A stretch of 64,000 nucleotides of DNA, taken from the human T2T-CHM13v2.0 reference genome, Homo sapiens. Positions 57,701 to 64,000 of the stretch are shown piece after piece; positions within the stretch are counted from its first letter, which is position 1; each line of letters starts with the position of its first letter. Position numbers and translations under genes: made by a program. The notes beneath the pieces were generated by a model. It saw nothing but the letters and a program-made list of their open reading frames with translations. It was not told where the DNA came from and did not search any database. The stretch lies in the NCBI RefSeq assembly GCF_009914755.1, contig NC_060933.1. One strand, 5' to 3'.

Positions 57701-60700
57701 TTCCATTCCACTCCATTCCATTGCACTCGGGTTGATTCCATTCCATTCCATTCCATTCCGGTAGAATCCATTCCATTGCATTCCATTCCATTCCATTCCC
57801 CTGCACTCGCGTTGATTCCATTCCATTCCATTCCATTCCATTCCATTGCATTCCATTCCATTCCTTTCCGTTCCATTCCATTCCATTCCATTCCATTCCA
57901 TTCCATTCCATTCCGTTCCGTTCTGTTCCATTCCATTCCATTCCATTCTATTCGGGTTAATTCCATTCCATTCCATTCGATTGCAATCGAGTTGATTCCA
58001 TTCCATTCCATTCCATTCCATTCCATTCCATTCCATTCCTTTCCATTCCATTACGGATGATTCCATTCCATTGCATTCCATTCCATTCCATTCCCCTGTA
58101 CTCGGGTTGATTTCATTCCATTCCATTCCAATCCATGCCATTCCACTCGTGTTGATTCCATTCTTTCCATTCCATTCAAGTTGAATCCATTCCATTGCAT
58201 TCCATTCCATTCGATTCCATTCGATTGCACTCTGGTTGATTCCATTCCATTGCATTCCATTCCATTCCATTTCATTCCATTCCATTCCATTTCATTCCAT
58301 TCCATTCCTTTCCATTCCATTCCATTCCATTCCATTCCATTCCGTTGCAATCGAGTTGATTCCTTTCCATTCCTTTCCATTCCATTCCATTGCCTTGCAT
58401 TCCACTCGGGTTGATTCCATTCCCTTCTTTCCACTCCATTATATTCCCTTCCATTCCACTCGGAATGATTGATTCCATTCCATTCCATTCCATTTCATTC
58501 CATTGCAATCCATTCCAATCCATTCTATTCCATTCCATTCCACTCGAGTTGATTTCATTCCATTCCTTTCCATTCCATTCCATTCCTTTCCACTCGAGTT
58601 GATTCCATTCCATTCCATTCCATTGCATTCCATTCCATGCCATTCCACTCGGGTTGATTCCATTCCATTCCATTCCATTCCATTGCATTCCATTCCATTC
58701 CATTACCCTGAAATCGGGTTGATTCCATTCCATTCCATTCCATTTAATTCCATTCCATTCCATTCCATTCCATTCCAATCCGTTCCATTCCATTCCACTC
58801 CATTGCAATCGTCTTGATTCCATTCCATTCCATTCCATTCCATTCCATTCCATTCCATTTTGTTCCAATCCATTCTATTCTGAACCATTCCATTCCATTC
58901 CATTCCATTCCATTCCATTCCATTCCATGCCATTCCACTCGGGTTGATTCCATTCCTTTCCACTCCATTCGGGTTGAATCCATTCCACTCCATTCCATTC
59001 CATTCGAATCCATTCCATTGCACTCCGGTTGATTCCATTCCATTCCATTCCATTCGATTGCATTCCATTCCATTCCTTTCCGTTCCATTCCATTTCATTA
59101 CATTCAGATTGATTCTATGCAATTCCCTTACACTCCATTATATTCCAATCCATTCTGGTTGTTTCCATTCCATTCCATTCCATTTCACTCCATTCCATTG
59201 CACTCGGTTTGATTCCATTCCATTCCATTCCATTCCATTCCATTCCGGAAGATTCCATTCCATTGCATTCCATTCCCCTGCACTCAGGTTGATTCCATTC
59301 CATTCCATTCCACTCCATTCGGTTCCGTTCCATTCCATTCTATTGCATTCCATTCTATTCGGGTTAATTCCATTCCATTCTATTCCATTCCATTCCATTC
59401 CATTCCATTGCAATGGAGTTGATTCCATTCCATTCCATTCCATTCCGGATGATTCCATTCCATTGCATTCCATTCCATTCCATTCCCCTGCACTCGTGTT
59501 GATTCCATTCCCTTCCATTCCATTCCATTCCGTTCCATTCCATTGCATTCCATTCTATTCCGGTTAATTCCATTCCATTCCATTCCATTCCATTCCATTC
59601 CATTCCATTCCATTCCATTCCTTTGCAATCGAGTTGATTCCATTCCATTCCTTTCCATTCCATTCCATTGCCTTGCATTCCAATCGGGTTGATTCCATTC
59701 CCTTCTTTCCACTCCATTACATTCCCTTCCAATCCACTCGGAATGATTGATTCCATTCCATTCCATTCCATTTCATTCCATTGAAATCCATTCCAATCCA
59801 TTCCATTCCATTCCATTCCACTCGAGTTGATTTCATTCCATTCCTTTCCATTCCATTCCATTCCTTTCCACTCGAGTTGATTCCATTCTATTCCATTCCA
59901 TTGCATTCCATTCCATGCCATTCCACTCGGGTTGATTCCATTCCTTTCCATTCCATTCCATTCCATTCCATTCCATTCCATTACATTCCGTTGCATTCCA
60001 TTCCATTACATTCTGATTGATTCTATTCAACTCCCTTACTCTCCATTACATTCCATTCCATTCGGTTTGTTCCATTCCATTCCATTCCATTCCACTCCAT
60101 TCCATTGCACTCGGGTTCATTCCATTCCATTCCATTCCATTCCATTCCGGATGATTCCATTCCATTGCATTCCGTTCCATTACATTCCCCTGCACTCGCG
60201 TTGATTCCATTCCATTCCATTCCATTCCATTCAATTCCATTCCATTACAATTCGTTCCATTCCATTCTATTCCGTACCATTCCATTCCATTCCATACCAT
60301 TCCATTCCAATCCATTCCATTCCATTCCATTCCACTCGAGTTGATTTCATTCCATTCCTTTCCATTCCATTCCATTCCTTTCCACTCGAGTTGATTCCAT
60401 TCTATTCCATTCCATTGCATTCCATTCCATGCCATTCCAATCGGGTTGATTCCATTCCTTTCCATTCCATTCCATTCCATTCCATTCCATTCCATTCCAT
60501 TCCATTCCGTTCCATTCCGTTCCATTCCATTCCATTCCATTCTATTCGGGTTAATTCCATTCCATTCCATTCCATTCTATTCCATTCCATTGCAATCGAG
60601 TTGAATCCATTGCCTTTCATTCCATTCCATTCCATTCAGGAAGATTCCATTCCTTTGCATTCCATTCCATTCCATTCCCCTGCACTCGCGTTGATTCCAT

Positions 60701-61680
60701 TCCATTCCATTCCATTCCATTCCATTCCATTCCATTCCTTTCCGTTCCTTTCCATTCCATTCCATTCCATTCCATTCCATTCCATTCCATTCCGTTCCGT
60801 TCCATTCCATTCCATTCCATTCTATTCGGGTTAATTCCATTCCATTCCATTCGATTGCAATCGTGTTGATTCCATTCCATTCCATTCCATTCCATTCCAT
60901 TCCATTCCTTTCCATTCCATTATGGATGATTCCATTCCATTGTATTCCATTCCATTCCATTCCCCTGTACTCGGGTTGATTCCATTCCATTCCATTCCAA
61001 TCCATGCTATTCCACTCGTGTTGATTCCATTCTTTCCATTCCATTCAAGTTGAATCCATTCCATTGCATTCCATTCCATTCGATTCCATTCGATTGCACT
61101 CGGGTTGATTCCATTCCATTGCATTCCATTCCATTCCATTCCATTCCATTACATTCGGATTGATTCTATTCAATTCCCTTACACTCCATTACATTCCATT
61201 CCATTCGGGTAGTTTCCATTCCATTCCATTCCATTCCTCTCCATTCCATTGCACTCGGGTTGATTCCATTCCGTTGCATTCCATTCCATTCCATTCAATT
61301 CCATTCCTTTCCATTCCATTACATTCGGATTGATTCTATTCAACTCCCTTACTCTCCATTACATTCCATTCCATTCGGGTTGTTCCATTGCATTCCATTC
61401 CATTCCACTCCATTCCATTGCACTCGGGTTGATTCCATTCCATTCCATTCCATTCCATTGCATTCCATTCCATTCCGGAAGATTCCATTCCATTGCATTC
61501 CATTCCATTCCATTCCCCTGCACCCGCGTAGATTCCATTCCATTCCATTCCATTCCATTCCATTCCATTCTATTCCATTCCATTGCAATCGAGTTGAATC
61601 CATTGCATTTCATTCCATTCCATTGCATTCCATTCCATTCCGAAAGATTCCATTCCATTGCATTCCATTCCATTCCATTC
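48740..61680. repeat. Higher-order tandem unit, copy B (~12.94 kb)
   Basis: See copy A. It begins at CCCTGCACTCGCGTTG...CCTTCCTTTCCGTACC (35911/48740). After ~61700 the sequence follows the 41030/54030 path instead. Confidence 0.9.
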
Positions 61681-64000
61681 CCCTGCACTCGCGTTGATTC
61701 CATTCCATTCCATTCCATTCCATTCCATTCCGTTCCGTTCCGTTCCATTCCATTCCGTTCCATTCCATTCCATTCCGTTCCGTTCCATTCCATTCCATTC
61801 CATTCTATTCGGGTTAATTCCATTCCATTCAATTCGATTGCAATCGAGTTGATTCCATTCCATTCCATTCCATTCCATTCCATTCCATTCCTTTCCATTC
61901 CATTACGGATGATTCCATTCCATTGCATTCCATTCCATTCCATTCCCCTGTACTCGGGTTGATTCCATTCCATTCCATTCCTATCCATGCCATTCCATTC
62001 GTGTTGATTCCATTCTTTCCATTCCATTCAAGTTGAATCCATTCCATTGCATTCGATTCCATTCGATTCCATTTGATTGCACTCGGGTTGATTCCATTCC
62101 ATTGCATTCCATTCCATTCCATTCCATTCCATTCCATTCCATTCCGTTCCATTCCATTTCATTACATTCAGATTGATTCTATTCAATTCCCTTACACTCC
62201 ATTATATTCCAATCCATTCTGGTTGTCTCCATTCCATTCCATTCCATTTCACTCCATTCCATTGCACTCGGGTTGATTCCATTCCATTCCATTCCAATGC
62301 ATTCCATTCCATTCCATTCCGGATGATTCCATTCCATTGCATTCCATTCCATTCCATTCCCCTGCACTCGGGTTGATTCCATTCCATTCCATTCCATTCC
62401 ATTCCAGATGATTCCATTCCATTGCATTCCATTCCATTCCAATCCCCTGCACTCGGGTTGATTCCATTCCATTCCACTCCATTCCGTTCCATTCCATTCC
62501 ATTCCATTGTATTCGGGTTAATTCCATTCCATTCCATTCCATTCCATTCCATTACAATCGAGTTGATTCCATTCCATTCCATTCCATTCCAGTCCTTTCC
62601 ATTCCATTCCACTCGGGTTGATTCCATTCTATTAGTTTCCATTCCATTCCATTCCCTTCCATTCCACTCTGGTTGATTCCATTCCTTTCCATTCCACTCG
62701 AATACATTCCCTCCTATTCCACTCGGAACGATTCCATTCCATTCCATTCCATTTCGTTCCATTCCTTTCTATTCCGTATCATTCCATTCCATTCCATTCC
62801 ATTCCATTCCATTCCATTCCATTCCATTCCTTTCCATTGTACTCGGGTTGATTCCATTCCATTGCATTCCATTCCATTCCATTCCATTCCATTCCATTCC
62901 TTTCCGTTCCATTCCATTACATTCGGATTGATTCTTTTCAACTCCCTTACTCTACATTACATTCCATTCCATTGGGGTTGTTCCATTCCATTCCATTCCA
63001 TTCCACTCCATTCCATTTCACTCGGGTTTATTCCATTCCATTCCATTCGATTCCATTCCATTTCCCTGCACTCGCGTTGATTCCATTCCATTCCATTCCA
63101 TTCCATTCCATTCCTTTCCGTTCCATTCCATTCCATTCCATTCCATTCCATTCCATTCCGTTCCATTCCATTCCAATCCATTCTATTCGGGTTAATTCCA
63201 TTCCATTCCATTCAATTGCAATCGAGTTGATTCCATTCCATTCCATTCCATTCCATTCCATTCCATTCCTTTCCATTCCATTACGGATGATTCCATTCCA
63301 TTGCATTCCATTCCATTCCATTCCCCTGTACTCGGGTTGATTCCATTCCATTCCATTCCAATCCATGCCATTCCACTCGTGTTGATTCCATTCTTTCCAT
63401 TCCATTCAAGTTGAATCCATTCCATTGCATTCCATTCCATCCGATTCCATTCGATTGCACTCTGGTTGATTCCATTCCATTGCATTCCATTCCATTCCAT
63501 TTCATTCCATTCCATTCCATTTCATTCCATTCCATTCCTTTCCATTCCATTCCATTCCATTCCGTTGCAATCGAGTTGATTCCTTTCCATTCCTTTCCAT
63601 TCCATTCCATTGCCTTGCATTCCACTCGGGTTGATTCCATTCCCTTCTTTCCACTCCATTATATTCCCTTCCATTCCACTCGGAATGATTGATTCCATTC
63701 CATTCCATTCCATTTCATTCCATTGCAATCCATTCCAATCCATTCTATTCCATTCCATTCCACTCGAGTTGATTTCATTCCATTCCTTTCCATTCCATTC
63801 CATTCCTTTCCACTCGAGTTGATTCCATTCCATTCCATTCCATTGCATTCCATTCCATGCCATTCCACTCGGGTTGATTCCATTCCATTCCATTCCATTC
63901 CATTGCATTCCATTCCATTCCATTACCCTGAAATCGGGTTGATTCCATTCCATTCCATTCCATTTAATTCCATTCCATTCCATTCCATTCCATTCCAATC
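61680..64000. repeat. Rearranged partial further copy of the right-hand module set
   Basis: 61680-63230 tracks 54030-55750 with deletions (ORF pairs 62173/54522, 62422/54771). 63400-64000 tracks 58170-58780 (offset ~5220; TACCCTGAAATC at 58704/63924). Confidence 0.75.

Larger units (their letters stand above)
1..64000 (+). repeat. Human/primate satellite III (HSat3) array, (CATTC)n on + strand, probably HSat3B type
   Basis: Continuous CATTC pentamers end to end, interspersed with ACTCGGGTTG/ATTCGGGTTG (e.g. 107-116), the classical satellite-3 decamer. CATTCCATTC greatly outnumbers CATTCGATTC, which argues against HSat2. No non-satellite interruption or strand switch seen. Subfamily is inferred. 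Confidence 0.97.

Noticed and set aside
59-63998. Hundreds of ORFs up to 363 aa encoding MEWNG or IPFHS repeats
   Set aside because: (CATTC)n and (GAATG)n contain no stop codon in any frame, and the minus strand has ATG every 5 bp, so long overlapping ORFs in all six frames are expected. There is no domain content or gene structure.
1-64000. CRISPR-like alternation of conserved motif and spacer
   Set aside because: The 'spacers' are the same pentamer in variable number, not unique sequences. There is no leader and no cas gene.
1-64000. HSat2 (HSATII) assignment
   Set aside because: CATTCGATTC is a minor component, while CATTCCATTC and ACTCGGGTTG dominate, as in HSat3.
1-64000. Transposon insertion, inversion, telomeric or alpha-satellite segment
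   Set aside because: No poly(A), Alu/L1-like sequence, extended GGAAT tract on the + strand, TTAGGG array, 171-bp monomer or CENP-B box was seen.
1-64000. Regular 3.5-kb DYZ1-type or strict 1.8-kb periodicity
   Set aside because: Marker spacings are irregular, and EcoRI sites (about 1897, 5141, 12707, 23996, 33686, 46000) are not periodic.
1-64000. Canonical G-quadruplex on the G-rich strand
   Set aside because: G-tracts are mostly GG, with isolated GGG/GGGG too far apart for four G3 tracts. Non-canonical (GGAAT)n fold-backs are a generic HSat3 property, not specific to this window.

Overview
The whole 64-kb window is one uninterrupted, single-orientation array of primate classical satellite III (HSat3). 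It consists of diverged (CATTC)n pentamers on the + strand ((GGAAT)n on the - strand), interspersed with the satellite-3 decamer A(C/T)TCGGGTTG and a small set of recurrent variant modules. I see no genes, RNA genes, transposons, CRISPR arrays or inversions. All ORFs in the track (MEWNG/IPFHS pentapeptide repeats) are artefacts of a stop-free pentamer. The motif content is most compatible with human HSat3B, possibly the chr9q12 block that seeds nuclear stress bodies, but that is inference. The notable signal is internal structure: (1) about 35 perfect three-unit heat-shock elements (TTCnnGAAnnTTC), most with a central CpG; (2) a recurrent 14-bp perfect palindrome in two alternative forms; (3) a ~12.9-kb tandem higher-order duplication (35.9-48.7 / 48.7-61.7 kb) whose first copy has an adjacent +800-bp duplication and ~980-bp deletion; (4) a switch in module vocabulary at ~29-33 kb; (5) nested duplications from 30 bp to ~5 kb; (6) pentamer-register shifts that are all -1 mod 5. 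I found no new protein-coding system. Counts and breakpoints were read by eye and are approximate.
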